Source: Patescibacteria group bacterium UBA1400
GTDB lineage: Bacteria > Patescibacteriota > Microgenomatia > UBA1400
Assembly (NCBI GenBank): GCA_002305125.1
Contig: DBQG01000001.1
Location: 1-43,536, forward strand
Direction of reading: 5' to 3'
Length of the DNA stretch: 43,536 bases
The stretch's first letter is position 1. The number at the start of each line of letters is the position of its first letter. The notes beneath the pieces are model-generated. The model was not told the origin of the DNA, made no database searches, and saw only the letters and a list, made by a program, of their open reading frames with translations. Shown here in pieces: positions 43,394-43,536 of this stretch. Both the position numbers and the translations under genes were made by a program.

Positions 43394-43536
43394 ATGAAAA
43401 AAGTTTACCTGGATTATGCTGCCACCAGTCCCTTAGATAAAAAAGCCCTGAAGGCGATGCAGCCCTTTTTTACAACTTATTTTGGCAATCCCAGCAGTCT
43501 TCACTCCTGGGGACAGAAAGCAAGAGCTAAAGTTGA
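43394..43536 (+). CDS. iscS: Cysteine desulfurase IscS/NifS family (partial, runs off the window)
   Basis: Reads MKKVYLDYAATSPLD...YFGNPSSLHSWGQKA. Confidence 0.9.
   Translation, partial: MKKVYLDYAATSPLDKKALKAMQPFFTTYFGNPSSLHSWGQKARAKV

Overview
Low-GC bacterial chromosomal window containing the replication origin. It most likely comes from a Patescibacteria/CPR genome of the Microgenomates type; this is inferred from gene content (chromosomal PrgI/VirB4 cluster, short YidC, truncated ValS and UvrC, SDR-DUF4012 fusion, TTTTCCACA-type DnaA boxes). From left to right: (1) a partial large orphan gene and a stand-alone riboflavin kinase; (2) an 8.4-kb T4SS-like cluster (HExxH membrane peptidase, 1129-aa membrane/DUF11/CHAP hydrolase, bitopic protein, PrgI, TraC-like protein, VirB4) converging on dnaN; (3) oriC between dnaN and dnaA, with DnaA boxes and DnaA-trios; (4) a 6.4-kb block of four orphan genes, including a 1250-aa glycine-zipper/coiled-coil protein, inserted between dnaA and rpmH; (5) rpmH-rnpA-yidD-yidC-jag-rnhA, an SDR-TM-DUF4012 fusion, rplY, a TPR gene and valS; (6) an MBL hydrolase, uvrB-uvrA-uvrC, a RecB-family nuclease with an SSB-like tail, and DUF167; (7) glpX-aldolase-pgk behind an attenuator-like leader; (8) an orphan histidine kinase, then Rrf2, a DEDD exonuclease and a partial cysteine desulfurase. 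Many genes appear to be transcribed as leaderless mRNAs. No rRNA, tRNA, CRISPR array or transposase was recognised. All family calls come from visual motif recognition, not database searches.
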